In this document: positions 11,823-25,700 of the stretch, piece after piece
How positions within the stretch are numbered: the first letter of the stretch is position 1
How the letters are laid out: each line of letters begins with the position of its first letter
Assembly (NCBI GenBank): GCA_030141605.1
Contig: JAQGDQ010000329.1
Coordinates: forward strand, 124,001-188,000
Length of the DNA: 64,000 nucleotides
DNA from: Tubiluchus corallicola
Taxonomy: Eukaryota; Animalia; Priapulida
Direction: 5' to 3'
Made by a program: the position numbers and the translations under genes
Notes under the pieces: generated by a model
Databases searched by the model: none
Told to the model about the DNA's origin: nothing
Seen by the model: the letters and a program-made list of their open reading frames with translations, nothing else

Positions 11823-12815
11823 ATGAACTGCTCTGAACTTGAGATTGAAGACTGCAATGATACAAACACATCTTTTTCACATCCTTGGAATATGAGGAGC
11901 ATTGCACTAAGATGCCTTCTCTCTGGAATGGTGATACTCCTTAACAGTTTAGTTCTTACAGTATTCCTTACTGGCAGACACAGCAGTTTTAAGGATGTCA
12001 AATACTTCTTCTTGTCACTACTGGCAGCATCAGATCTCATCACTTCACTGCTGTATATAATATTCACGTTCACGAAGTACTCGAACCTCAGTATTAACAC
12101 TAGCAAAAACTTTTGCCTCTGGACAACATCAGTTATGCCATTTTCTTGTGTCATATCAGCATTTTCTTTACTGGCAGTAGCAGTAGATCAGTATATAGCT
12201 ATTGTTCATCCATTTCACTATCAATATGTTTCTAAAAGAAAGGCTCTGGTAACAATGGGAGTAATAGTCATATATGCTACTGTTTTCACCCTAATGCCAC
12301 TCATAGGCATAGGAGTTACAGATGAGGAACTTACCACATGTTTGACTCACAAAATGTACACTTTCGGATACACTGTTATGCTGGTAACAACAATGTTTTT
12401 CCTTCCTCTCTTTATTATAATGTGTCTGTACTTAAGAATATTTATTGTAGCACACCACCAAATTCAGGCAATTGCTGCTCAAGCAAATCAGGCACTAACC
12501 ACTCCCTATGTTTCTTTCAAGACTGAAATGAAGGTGGCAAGAACAATATCACTTCTGATTATGTCATTAATTATATTCTGGCTACCAGTCAGTCTTGCAC
12601 TACCAATCAATGCATACTGTGGCTGTGAGAAGTGGCCATTAAGACGAGTGGGACCATTAATGATAACCAACTCGCTGATTAACCCACTTATTTACACTGT
12701 ACGATACAGAGAGTTTAGATCAGCTTGTAAACGCATACTGTACTGCCACTCGGGGTGGCATGAGAATGAAATAGGTATGAATATCATAAATGGTCCTACT
12801 GTAAGCACCATTTAA
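11823..12815 (+). CDS. Intronless rhodopsin-like (class A) GPCR, 330 aa, orphan; nested in host intron 2 (copy A)
   Basis: Seven hydrophobic segments with TM1 N (LLNSLV), TM2 LAASD, TM3 C3.25 and AVDQY, TM5 FFLP...LY, TM6 FWLP, TM7 NSLINPLIY and helix 8 REFR. N-terminal N-glycosylation sequons NCS, NDT, NTS. Confidence 0.93.
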   Translation: MNCSELEIEDCNDTNTSFSHPWNMRSIALRCLLSGMVILLNSLVLTVFLTGRHSSFKDVKYFFLSLLAASDLITSLLYIIFTFTKYSNLSINTSKNFCLWTTSVMPFSCVISAFSLLAVAVDQYIAIVHPFHYQYVSKRKALVTMGVIVIYATVFTLMPLIGIGVTDEELTTCLTHKMYTFGYTVMLVTTMFFLPLFIIMCLYLRIFIVAHHQIQAIAAQANQALTTPYVSFKTEMKVARTISLLIMSLIIFWLPVSLALPINAYCGCEKWPLRRVGPLMITNSLINPLIYTVRYREFRSACKRILYCHSGWHENEIGMNIINGPTVSTI

Positions 12816-14762
12816 AAAATTTTCCCCGCTGGCTATATAGTTAAGTCCTCACTTAATAGCAGTAATGCATTTCAGCAAATGCAATGTCATGTCCTTCCTA
12901 CCATAAAATACTGTAAGTGGATGGAGAACTGTTCAGTTGTATTTCTTGGCAAAAATCAATAATGCCTCCTGTTGCTTTCAAAATGAATATTTGTAATTTG
13001 CAATTAGTAGCTCAAAAACGAAGTGCACTAAACAAAATGAAAGTAAGAAGTAACTGTTTATAGCAATGTTATAGCAGTAACAACATAATTTGCATAAAGT
13101 TATATGCAAAGTGATTTCATGCCTAGCTACACACATTAACAAAATTGAAATGCTTATACGCTGCTCTTATGGGTTGTACAACTAGTAAAGTAAGGTTATG
13201 GCTTCCTTGCTACAATTTTGTGAATTATCTTTACAGTTAGCAGATTTAGTGTGTGAAAGAACCTGACAGCCAGTTATGAATCACTAATACAAATATGGAA
13301 ACTTTCGTTTCAGTTAGTAGCATAAATTGCCAAGAATCAAACTAATCTTTGTTTAAACAAAGGTCAAAATTCTGTGTTAAGCAAAAAAATCGGCAAAAAT
13401 TTGTCATCATTGAAACAAATCATTGCTAAGTGTGGAATCATTAAGCGATGACTTACTGTAATTGCAATAAGAAGCTAAACTATGTACACTATTTTACACA
13501 TTGTTAGATTTTATATAACTTATTCATATGAATTACATTATTCTTTTGAGAATTGGCACACATTTGCATGTTGATTATCTGACAGTGCTGTTAAATTTTG
13601 AAAATCTATGTACCATAGCTTTATAGAATTAGTAAATTAAAAATGTGCATTCGAAATAAAGTTTCTAGATAGAAAAGCTTGAACAGTTAACACAGTGAAA
13701 AGCAGCAGCTTCAAATACTAAAAATTTCTCTGTTGTCTTGATGGATGTTATTTGCAAACACTTCTAAATGTTTAAAACTGCTTTGTTGAAAGGACTAACT
13801 GCCAATCAGCAGCATTGTGACAGTTCTGGTCTGGTGTGTATTTGAAACAATTAGAAGCACACAGTTGTGATGCTTATTAAAATTTTCAGCTTAAATGTCA
13901 TGAAGTAAACATCTAATACATGGACTGGTTAAATGTTATTCTCATTTCAGCTAATGTGATGTACAAAAATCACTTTCATGTATTTAGTAGCATACTAGGC
14001 ATAGTGAATGTACCTATTAAATATCGTTGTTATGGTAAACAGTTTTAACGAGAATGGGATAAGTGGATAAAGTATTTAATAAATATGCTATAGGTAAATG
14101 CAAATTGCAAAATTGTTTATGAAAGCACAACCTGTTGCATATAGTTATAATATCAAATTGTTGCTATCACTATGACAAAAATAACTTGAATTTATTTCTT
14201 TGAAAATTTTGTAAAAAGTTTCTTATAACTGCAAAATATACTAGCAAAAAAGAGTAAAACTACCACATACTGTAGTTTACCAAATAGCAAATAGTCAGAC
14301 TGATCACTTGTTACTCACTGTCACTAAGACTATAAGTGTACATTCAACAATAATAAAAAAAGAGCTTTGTGTTAAAAAGATGTCAAGTCGCTGGTGTTTT
14401 GTTTTTTTGAACTAAACCCTTCATCATTGCACCAAAAACTAAAAAATCTTCAGTAACTTCGTACAAAGCCTAAACGCAGACTAAATAACAAAGAAAAGAG
14501 AATATAAATTGCCAAATATGATCACATTGTTATCTTATCTAACACTTAACAACAGTATGCAAAGCAAGCATTATCACCAAAAATATCAAATGAGACAGTA
14601 GTCAAGCAGACAATATTGTGATGACCACAACATAGCCAGAAAATTGTAATGCAGCAATACTTAGTAATGTAATATAGCAATATGCAGCTCATAATTAGAG
14701 GCATATACATTTTTGATTTATTGTTTACACCAGAATACATAATGGACGATAATTGCTATAAC

Positions 14763-15622
14763 TAGAGGCTGAAGCTGAATCAGTCAATTGTCACTACATC
14801 AGCTGACTCACACAGTAAAACGGCTAGCTCGGCTGAAGTTGACCAACTTTTCAGCTGAGTTGGCTTAAAGAAAAAAATCGGCTAAGTTGGTTAAAGCTGC
14901 GAATTTTTGTTAACTTAATAAATGATAAATTGTTAGTTAACTGTTAAATTATGGAGAAATTTTTTTTAATAATTCGTGTTGCTTAGACGCAGAAAAAAGT
15001 TGATGTACAAACTCAAATAATGTATTAGACATCAATCTTTTTTATTATAAAGAAGCAACGGATTTATTGCAAATAAAATTTAAATCCATCGCTTGGTGAA
15101 GCTTATCATGATTACCGACGAATCAATACCAAAACACCAAAATAATCACATATGTGTGACTAATGTTGCCGCCTATTTGAGCATTTAATTTTGAATTAAC
15201 TGCTTTCTCGTTCAAAAATTTCTAAAGTTTAGTATCTCTGCCAGCTGAATCTAACAGACTGAATCTAACACACAATCTGACCACGATCTGCAATGTTTGC
15301 CATATTTCAATCAGCGATTCCATCACCATCATCATAAGCCCATTACTTCAATTGTAGACACTGGCCCAGCAGAATTCTAAAATAAAAGAAATCTGCCCTC
15401 AAGACAGGTAAACACAGCAGTAATCCAGCAAAAAACTAGACACTGCTATTCCAGTGGCTTGTTCATGAGCGCGAAAATCTTCGCAGCCAGCAAAAATCTC
15501 GGCTAGCTTGACTGACATCACTGAGTGGCTAGCGAGACTAAAGTTGGGTTTCTTATCAGCTAGGTCAACTGTAGACTTAAACTGGCTGGAACTCAGCTGA
15601 AATGGCTCAGCTCTGACCTTTA
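14763..15622. mobile_element. Old non-autonomous DNA transposon (hAT-type MITE); second copy 31826-32688
   Basis: Degenerate TIRs (tagaggctgaagctga / reverse complement taaaggtcagagctga), subterminal agctga repeats, and an 8-bp flanking duplication gctataac/gctataat. Confidence 0.6.
15320..15460. repeat. Dispersed repeat fragment, also at ~32385-32525 and ~49021-49160
   Basis: A shared (cat)n-flanked block agcagaattctaaaataaaa...ctgccctcaagaca.gtaaacacagca...aactagacactgctat occurs here and in SLK intron 1. Confidence 0.7.
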
Positions 15623-18600
15623 GCTATAATTATTTAATGATTAAGACAAAATCTGCACAAAGGAAAGTATCAGGAGGTGTAGGAGAAAGGGTAGCAAAGG
15701 AGCAATTGGTCAACAAGTCAGCTACCCTTCTCAGATTAGTATAAATTGTTAGAAAAGTTTGCAGCGCTGATGTATAAGAGTAGTAGAAATTCAACTGTTA
15801 CTGAAAAATCTATTAGGGGAACATGAAAGCGACAATGAAACAATATTGTAAAATGAAAAATATGGAATGATTCTCAACCAAATATGTAACTAAGAACTAA
15901 CTGATTAAACTATAAAACAAGGGAACAAATCAAATAAAACCAAAAGAGAAAGTAAAATATAACTGAAGAATCAATCAAGGAAACAAAATATGCATGATAA
16001 AAAAACGAAAAATATATCAATATAACAAAACAAAAATGTGCAATGACATTCCATATATCCATGATAACCAAATATGTCAAGTATAATAGTGAATAAACTA
16101 TAGAACAAGAGAGCAATTATAAATAAACAGAAATGGAGCAAACAGAATATGCAATGAAAATTTAATAACTAAGTAAAAATTAAGATAATGTTTAACCAAT
16201 TCACACATGTCCAAATTAAGAACAGCTACAGATACGAATCAAATTATTATAATTTCTATCAAAAGTAAGAAAGAAAACCTTCAGGTACGGGCTTCAACTT
16301 ACTAAAATAGTATAATTCTTAAGACCACTAGTGCTAATAAAATTGTTAAGAAGATTGGCGCCCATTGCTTTCATTTATCTTAGCCTAAGCCATAAATAGC
16401 TACGAGTGTTTCTTAAAAGAATACCTTTCATCGATGATTTGACACTTTCGACAAGATATAAATTTTCTGACTCGTAGACGTCAACAAATTTGTCCAGTGT
16501 CATAGTAAACAGCCCACTACCTTAACTGATCATCTGACCACGAAGTAAAAGCAGGTAAATCTCTACCAGCTCCTTTGAAAATGACTGGACTGTTCCATTT
16601 CACATAGTTATCAAAGAAATATTGTGGGTGGGGGACCTGATTTAATTCATCTACATCACCAACTGGTGATCCATGAGAACCGAGAGGTTGCAAGCGTCCA
16701 CTGGGCTCCTCTTTATCCTCATTGCCAAGTTCATATGACACACTTCGTTTTAGAAGCGAAATAATTCATAAACATTCAATGACGCAAAACAACGACACAG
16801 GCATCTTTCAAACTGTTACCAGTAGTCCATTAGCTCTGTTTCAACATCAGGCTGAGCAAAATGCCTAAACAGCAATATGAAATGGTATTAAATAATGACA
16901 AAATAATGTAAAAATAACATAGTAATCTCGATTAACTTAATCCATAACAGTATGAACTGAAGCAAAGCTAATGGTATGTACATATACATGTATATGGTGA
17001 TGATTAAAAAAACAAATGACAGATGTGGTAGCAGGTTTAGCATCTAATAAATAACTAAACATAAGCGTTAAACATAAACCCAAATATAAAAACACCTCGA
17101 TAACTAGGCGCACCACCATGTGCAAGCGCTAACGATAATAATGTTGCTGGCAGGCTTTTTACATCACTGTCAAAGGGTGCTGATGAGACCACTCGTCTGA
17201 CATAAAACCTAGAAATCTCCACAAAAGCCTAACAGCAAACATAATATTTGGCATGATAAAAAGGACGTTCATTAATAAAAATGCAAACATTGTTATCACA
17301 CTACATAAATGTAAAGTTCCTACAATAGTGGAATATGGTTTACGTCCATTTCCTAGAAAAAGTGTTCTCCAAAAAATTTCTCAAAGAAAAGCCATTTCTT
17401 TTTTTTAACTTTTCTCGGTTTTTTAACAGAAAAAAATCACGGTTGCATTTTTAATTGCTAAATAGGCGATTTTAGTAGCAGAAAACTTCTATTTCTCTCC
17501 TTCCATTTGCTTCTCTTTCTTTATACATCCTTCCCTTATTAGCCCCTCTCACCTACCCCTCTCGCCCTTCCCATTTGTCTCTCCTGCCTTTCTCTCTCCT
17601 TCTCACCCTCCCACTCTATCCTGCTTTTTTTCAACTATCTCTCCCCTAATCGGAAAAAGCCGAAAAACTAGTCAAGTTTTCTATTCAAAATGTCCCACAA
17701 GGGCAAAAGAAAATCACCATTCTGTATACTAAGTGTAAAAATTTCATACGAAGTAAGTAAAGATGTCCTCCAAAAATAGAGTGAAACTAATACCTATCCA
17801 CATACCTATCCCAAACTATTTTTAGTGAGGAGAGAAAAACAAGTATGTAGCACATGTGTGGAAGTATGCGTGCGCGTGTGTATTTATGTGTGCATGTGTA
17901 TATATGTATATACATGTGCTGTATATATGCATATGCATGGTCTGTATGTGCGTGTACATGCGTGCATATTTATTTATACATCTAATAAGGCATACAACTT
18001 AAAATGCACCCGTAAAGTCCAAAACTTAAATGTTTAATTGACACACATCTATCACATCATTTATTAACAATAGAAGCATGACTAAAAATTACGATAATGT
18101 ATATACGTTATTGTTGCATAGGTTCACTATCTACTATTTATTGTATCTTTTTCCTTTAATTTTATCACTGTTTTTTGAGTTTGTTTGTTTTTGCTCATAT
18201 TGTTTTTCCATATCTATTTGTAGTTTTTTATAGTAATTTTGCAGCACATATAATTATTAATTTATTAATTTAAGAAGGGTAGCTGTCTCGATGATTCGAA
18301 GGTCTTTCGCTACCCTTTCTCTTGCAGCCACTTAATCACACATTAATAATTTTCTTCCTCTTATTTTCGTGTAAATTTTATATGATTAATCATTTTGTGC
18401 ATTTTATGTAAATGTGCACTATAAGAGATTAATAAACGTGTCTATCTCTACATCTATGTCTACGTCTGGCACATTCTTTTAGGCCGAGTCCTACAAAACT
18501 TTCGTAAATCACGATGCTGTGTTTTTTTATGTTTCTCAATTTGCATATATTTTCGCACGGAGTGCAGTGTGTTATACACTAATGAGGAGTCATACATTTC

Positions 18601-20970
18601 TTGCTCCTGTTATTAAGCTTCCAACAAGGCAAAATACTAACAGTCATTGGGAAAGAAAATTAATGCACTGTCTAATTTTGAACGTTAAATAAAAGGTATA
18701 CGCACACCACAAAAGAGCTACAGTGAGATACCTGTGAAAAATATAGCTAAAGTATCTAAAACAGGTTCTAAATAATGCACAGTGCATTTAGCTTGGCTGA
18801 CAAAACTTCCTATTTAAGAGAAGTTCTGGCTACAGGGTAAAGTCTTTAGCTTGCAGTTCTATGACTGCGAGGCTGCATTTTATGAATCTGCAGAAAGTCT
18901 TAAGATTTAATGAATAACCGTTAGTAACACGGAGAATGATCATACTAAAAAAGTAATCAACTAATGCATATAATTAAAAATATTTTAAAATGTGACACTA
19001 ATTTAGGAACTTGTAACTACAGGCCAATACACTTCTATACACATAGCAAAATAAGCTACAGCATTTGTTTTCATAATAAGTGAGAGTATGGCATTTTACA
19101 AGCATCAGCTTGGCAAGTAATCTGCCATTGAAAGCTAAAAGCCAGGTTGCACAGTTCCACACTATTTCTAGAGATGGTACTTTAGGGTACTTCTAAATGC
19201 TCTTTACTGCAATCCAAACATCTTTTTTACATTGATCTCATGAAATAAAAGATCAGCACAGCACAGTAATTTATGGACACACACTATGAGATAATGTAAA
19301 CAGCTGATTGGCTAGAGTGTGTTTTTAGTGGACGAGCTCAAGCAACGTCGTGACTGGTCAGTGAATGGATGGGTGACCAACAAGTCTGACCTATATTTAT
19401 TTTAGTTTAATTTGCAATACAGATTCTGGCTGTTTATCACTATCAGTGCACATGGACATTAACACACAAACATAATGTCAAATATACTTATCTGTCTTAT
19501 TTCGTTTACTAAAGAAATATCGCAAAATGACAACAGAGTTGAATTCATATTTCCCATTTTGCTTGTTTACTATGGTTAGTCAAAGAAGAGCTCTTAGCAA
19601 TGAAACTACTCGACAAAATTTAATACAGAAATTTTAATTCATTTTGGACATAGGGCCTAAAACATAAGTTTGCAGATTAGCAATATACAGTAGAACGAAT
19701 TACGTTTGGTCATAATAAGTCAACCATTAATTTGATAGTCTTCATATAAGAGTTTGCAAAAAAGTTACAAATTACTTTTACAATTACATATGTGCACATG
19801 TGAAGGATATTTACCTAAAAAGCATTAAATCTTCTCAGTTATGAACGTTAATGTTGGCGAGCCAAAAACCATTCAATATTTTTTTTGGATTTCTTCTTTA
19901 AACAATATAGTACCTAAACTTGTACATAAGTTCAAAACCTCTTGGTACTGAAAGTTATAATGTTGCTATCCATTCTTCTGCCACCTACAACAATCCCTAT
20001 TATTTAACTTATCTAGTGATCTAAAAAATAACAAAATCTTAAAGCAACTGTTTTTTTACAATAGCAAAGAAAAATTCTAGACATTACAACCATATGCATA
20101 ATTTGCTGCTGTAGAATGTGTAAAAAATTCACAAAACACGTTTCAGCACACACAATGTTTAGCACCCAGTCTTGACTAACCTAGTGAAAACTATGTTACA
20201 CTCAAAATAAACATATAATTACTGAAACAGCCAAACAAAAATTAAAACATATGTATGCAAAACTGTACATTATTTCAAAATCATAAAGAAAGAAAATAGA
20301 TTTCAATAAAATGTCTAAAAATGAATGACATCATCTCTGAAATTTTCTCTAATAAAAGCACATCCGTATAAAATCTTGAAAGCTGCAGATGGAAAAGTAA
20401 GTTTTCTATGAATGTAAATCGTTAGACAATTGTTAAAACTGATATTAAAACAACACTCTTATAGATGTATATTATAAGCAAAAATAGTGAAAATATTCAA
20501 GAAAGAATAGTAAATAAAATGTATAAACAAAACGAAATCTAATTACTGCACAGTCACGTTATGAATTTGACTGGTTTGCATAATTGGTAACTACAATTGT
20601 ACATAGAGATTCAGTTTCAATGTAAGAAGAACTTGATTCTTTTAATGAAAACAAAAAGAGAGACAGCAAACTGGTAAATGGCTCACTTTCAAAAATGTTT
20701 TTTGCATCACAGTAAATGACAAAGAGTTTTTACTTTTTCCAAGTAATTACTTTTATGCATCTCAGCTGCATTTTCTGAATATTGTGCGTGATTCTATCCC
20801 TATCATTTATTTTAGGAGTTTTATTTGTTAAGGATATGTAAACATTAGCTGATACCACAGTAATAAAAAAATTAAATTAAAAAAATAATTTTTCATTTCT
20901 AGTACTTATTTACTACTAATAATAATTTATTAAATTTAATAAAAATAAAATCTTCCCAGGGTAATATGGG

Positions 20971-21123
20971 TCATAGTTCATCATGTTCTACTTTGCTGAC
21001 ATCGTCTGAAGCTTGAGGATCAAACAACCACGGAAACAACATGACGAAGCTGTCTGCACTCACATCATACAACTCCTGCCAGCTGATGCTGCCATCTTCA
21101 TTCGAATCTAGGAAGCTAAAAAC
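20971..21123 (-). CDS. JmjC gene exon 7 (EF-hand loop, HDEL, stop)
   Basis: tttcag|VFSFLDSNEDGSISWQELYDVSADSFVMLFPWLFDPQASDDVSKVEHDEL*. Confidence 0.9.
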   Translation of the reverse strand, partial: VFSFLDSNEDGSISWQELYDVSADSFVMLFPWLFDPQASDDVSKVEHDEL

Positions 21124-22749
21124 CTGAAATTAAAAACCCTCCGATGTTTTCAAAATAGTTACCTAGGAAAAATATGAAGGCAAACACTAACTATCAGAAT
21201 AAACTTGATAGAACTTCTTTTGTCTATTTGGACAGAAACTTACATTTGCTCAAATTTAACAGCAATAAAAAGTAAACTTATTGTTGTATAAATGCCAGGC
21301 AACAATAGTCACCTACGCATAAAGACTCACCTTGATTATAAACAATAGAACATATAATAAAAGGATAAAGGCACTCGTTTTTTTGTTATATTTTTATCCA
21401 GGGGAAAAAGGGAATAATATTAATGATTAAGAACTCTTTATTAAGACCAATAATAATGAATATCATTGAACAAATCACAGCATTAAATAATTTATAAATA
21501 GTGTATAATTATATATATAGTTATATAAATTTTGTATATATAATATATATATAAATAATTATATATAATTATATAAATTATATATATATAAATTTTGATG
21601 AGTGGTTTTTCTTCTGGTTGAAAAAATACATATACATATACACATACGCATATATATATATATATATATGCGTATGTGTATATGTATATGTATTTTTTCA
21701 ACCAGAAGAAAAACCACTCATCAAAATTTATACAAAACGAACCTTCCGCAATTGTTTTCGACTTCCCAAAAAAGATGAATAAATATTCCAAAAATCAGTT
21801 TCTGAAATCTGTGTATAATTTTCAGCTTTCAGGAGAAGGTCAGCTCTGAAAACAGTGAAAAATAAACTAGTTTACAAAAATTATAATACAATATGCAATT
21901 TGACAGTTTCATAAAACAGTTTTAAGTACAGTAATAAATGTTTGCTGCATGCTTGTAGTGTTTGTTCAGCAACCAAAGTTAAGCAGCAATGGGAGCAATT
22001 AGATGTACAACAGCAGACCACTAAAGACAACTAAATTCAACCATAAACCTATAGTAATGGAGTGGCACACTCAGTAGGAAAGCCCACTTACTGTAATGAT
22101 CGTAGCAGAACAGACAATCTACATCATTAAGAGGGATAATTGTTTAAAAGAAAACAAGATGACTTTTCATAATCTACCCCATTTTGAAACACGGCAAAAA
22201 ATATACATTTTAACACTTATGATAATACCAAAGTGTTTCCAATAATTACATAATACATTAAAACACCATAATACAATTAACGATGCATGTACCCAACTAC
22301 TGATGACATCACAACTGAGCATATTGCAGATGTTTGCAAAAGCGAAAATTGAAGTACAAAGCTACTATACAACATTCAGTGTGATACATAAGAATTATGC
22401 AAATTTAAAATTTAAAATTCAAATTGCAAGTTTACCGCTTTGCCCACGCATGAGCTCTCGAATGTGTGCCTCACAACAGAACACCGCTGAAATGAAAGGT
22501 GCAACGCATTTCCGAGAAGTAGCACTAGTGCCTGTCTAACTAGAGAATGGCGAAACACATGTAACAATGAAGGACTACGAACACAGTTTCTATGATAATA
22601 ATTCTTAGGTCGCATAAGTCACTCTTGAAAAAACAGTATGTTAGGGTTAGGTTTCACCATTCTATAGTGTAGCTTACTTTGAGTTACAGTTTAAGAATGA
22701 GTCTAGTTTCCTTCAGAATAACAAGATACGCGAACAAGAAGAGGATGTT

Positions 22750-22783
<34 letters not shown>

Positions 22784-25700
22784 TATAATATATTATATAC
22801 AGATTCTTCCCAGTTGGATAAATAGCCCAGAGGTAATATGGTAAGTAAAGCTGTTCAAAGATGATTTTTCTTTGATTGTCAATTCATTTACTAACCAGGC
22901 CAGTGCTGCTAAACTTCAGTTGCTAAGCACACCCCTTGACCACTCAATTATTCCCCTCAATTTGCATTGCCAAGTAAATATGTCACATTGAAAAGCTGAT
23001 TTTAATCTGTGCAAACTTATATAAATTCCTACGAAGCACTTTTAAAATAATACCACGAAAATTTTCAGACAAAAATGTCCCACAAAAAAATTTCTTAGAC
23101 CTCTTTCATTATAATAAATGCTGCAGCAAATATGTGTGCGCAGAAACATGAACACAATACTTTGTTTTTGTTTAGACTCGTAACATATACACTTGTAAGA
23201 GTTAACGCATAAAATGAGCAATAAACTTGTTTCAGGCTTTTACTGATTCATCTTACTTTAATGGTTCATTAGACGACGAATAAGGAATCTTGTCCAAAGT
23301 TTCAAAATCTGGTAGATCTTTTCCCTTGCAGTCCAAAGCATCAAACCAAATCAGCCTTGCAAACCAAATATTTACAGCAACACTGCGACCAGGAGGCGTT
23401 CTTACATAATGAGGCCAACTATTTAAAAACAAAGTAATGTAGTAAGTTCTGACATTGTGCAGGCTGCAGCGATGCCTGTCTTTTGGCACCTTTTTGTCGA
23501 CCAGCCTAGAAAAATTATCGTTCAACTTTGTATAATTTAGTCAATAATTTGGGGCATTTCGTTTTTATATCTATACCATGTAAAGCTAAAATAGTATGTA
23601 GACCGTTTCCTATATTGCTGGCCTTGACAAACAAATTGACAATCAGCATCTTCTAAGCTAGAATGGCCTTGTTTTCTCTATGCAGTTTGACAGGCCAGGA
23701 ATCAATCAGTCTGGTTTAAGTTGTAAAGGTGTTTGTTTGATAGACCTGGCCTGAGATTTTGGCCATAATTTAATACTTCATTGAAACACACTATTTAGAG
23801 TATTAAAGTATGCTGAATTGGAAACTACCTTTTCAGTCTAGTGTTTCACCTAATGCCTGGCGACTTTGGAAAGGCACTAGTTATATGGCAAGACGTTGTT
23901 GGAGGAGCTAAAAGCAATCTTGGATACACTATTGTGGATTTTTGCATAGGAGCTAGCTGGTTGGCAGAAGACCAGTTTCGGTTATGGTTAAGGAGTCTTG
24001 GTTCAAGGCGATTTGGTCCAAGGTAGCTGTAGTCCAATGGCAGGTTGCCAAAATGGACTTGGTCAATGAACAATGGTTATGGTGGAAGACGACGTAGTTA
24101 TGGGGATGATAAAATGGTCAAAGCTTTTGGGATGCATGATGGTGGAGATGGTAGTACGTCTGAACATTGGAAATGATTACAATTGACAGCTGAGCTGGAT
24201 TGGCAACGTTACCAGTTTTGTTATATGCTAACCGGGCCCGCTTGTTAAATTTTTGCTGCATTTATTAATATATGTTATAAGTAAAATTAGCTGGTTTGTT
24301 TCTCTTTGAAATTTAATTAATTTTAATTAATTAGTTTTCAACTCACATATAACTGCAATTACATGGAACTTTCATGGAGGGGGGGGAACTACGTGCTTCG
24401 CCCTGGAAAAATTTAGGCTGAGAGTTCATGTTCAGGCCATTTCACAAGTAGTGGTGCAGTACCAGTCACGCACTGAGTAATCAGTGCAATAAAATGGTCA
24501 ACCAGTGTCAAACATACTTGAACGAGAGAGTTACTCATCTCATCCACTGTTCATTTACAATTGGCCTGATTTGCAAAAATTCGCCTTCGTTTTGCAACCG
24601 CAGTAATGGACATTGCAACACAGACCAGTAATCATCGTGAAGAAATTTTAAACAAAAAAATAAAAACTGTTAAGAGGTTTTTGAATAATATAATTTTAGT
24701 TTTGCATTTTAAAAGCATATTTCAACACACACACAGACCTCACAATGTTTTAATGACAGGTGCTTCAATGACATTCTGTTAGGCATATATCGTCATTAAG
24801 CATATATGTAGCGAAAGAAATAAACAGATCCAAAATGGAAGACGAAACTGCACAGGAGAAATTTTCCGGGCAGCAACCAACCATTCATTAACTAGAACAC
24901 TACTGCTTAACTTTGTACCTAAGAATGCACTATAACTACTCATCTATACACTAATTCAACCAAAACGCAAGATGTATTTAAGAATGCTCTCTCCAAGCAA
25001 GTGTCCTATAATCACAGTTTTTCTTGAATTTCAACACACTGGTTATTATTAACCAAAGGCATAGAAACGCAATGACAGCTAAAACTCCAACAAAAAGTAT
25101 GTATAAATGGGCATGGGATAAATGATGTTAAATATAGTTTAAAAACAGTGATATTTCAATGCCAGAACAAGAGTAATCATCAGATGTTACAAGCAAATCC
25201 TTCAAAAAATTAAACATAGATTTTTTAAAAGATCCGGCTGTAACAACTGATGACTTATCCCATTAGGATAAGATGAAATGCCGCATTTTTGAATGCATAT
25301 TTTACATCTCACTTGCCATTTATACGCAAAAATAGCCTCCGACTTACGACCAAATTCGGTTCCGGCAGATTGGTCGTAACATGACTTGCACGCAAGTAGG
25401 ACCTGTATGTTCAAACAGTGTGCCCCTACTCAAAAGATGTCGTGAGTACGCGAACTTAAGTATGCTAGTGTCCAAGGAAGACGTTATCAAAACACATAGC
25501 ATTTTAAAATTAATTTGCTTAAAAAATAAGGAAATCTGAATTACTATTATTAGTTCTGTACAAAGAATTAAGTTGTGCTGGGATCGTAAAGTCGAACAGT
25601 TGTAAGTTGATGTAATAACTACCTTTATTGTTTGTTTGTTAGTGTATATTTTCAAGTGTTGCCAAAACATGTTTGTAAGCTAAAAATTCATAACAAATAC

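Noticed and set aside
11798-12154. 118-aa minus-strand ORF (also 28861-29217)
   Set aside because: Antisense shadow of the GPCR. It is not needed in the host gene model, because exons 2 and 3 join in phase.
23841-24073. Overlapping ORFs in the unit-B-only segment
   Set aside because: Short with no recognisable motif. This is probably repeat-derived intron sequence, but the family cannot be assigned.
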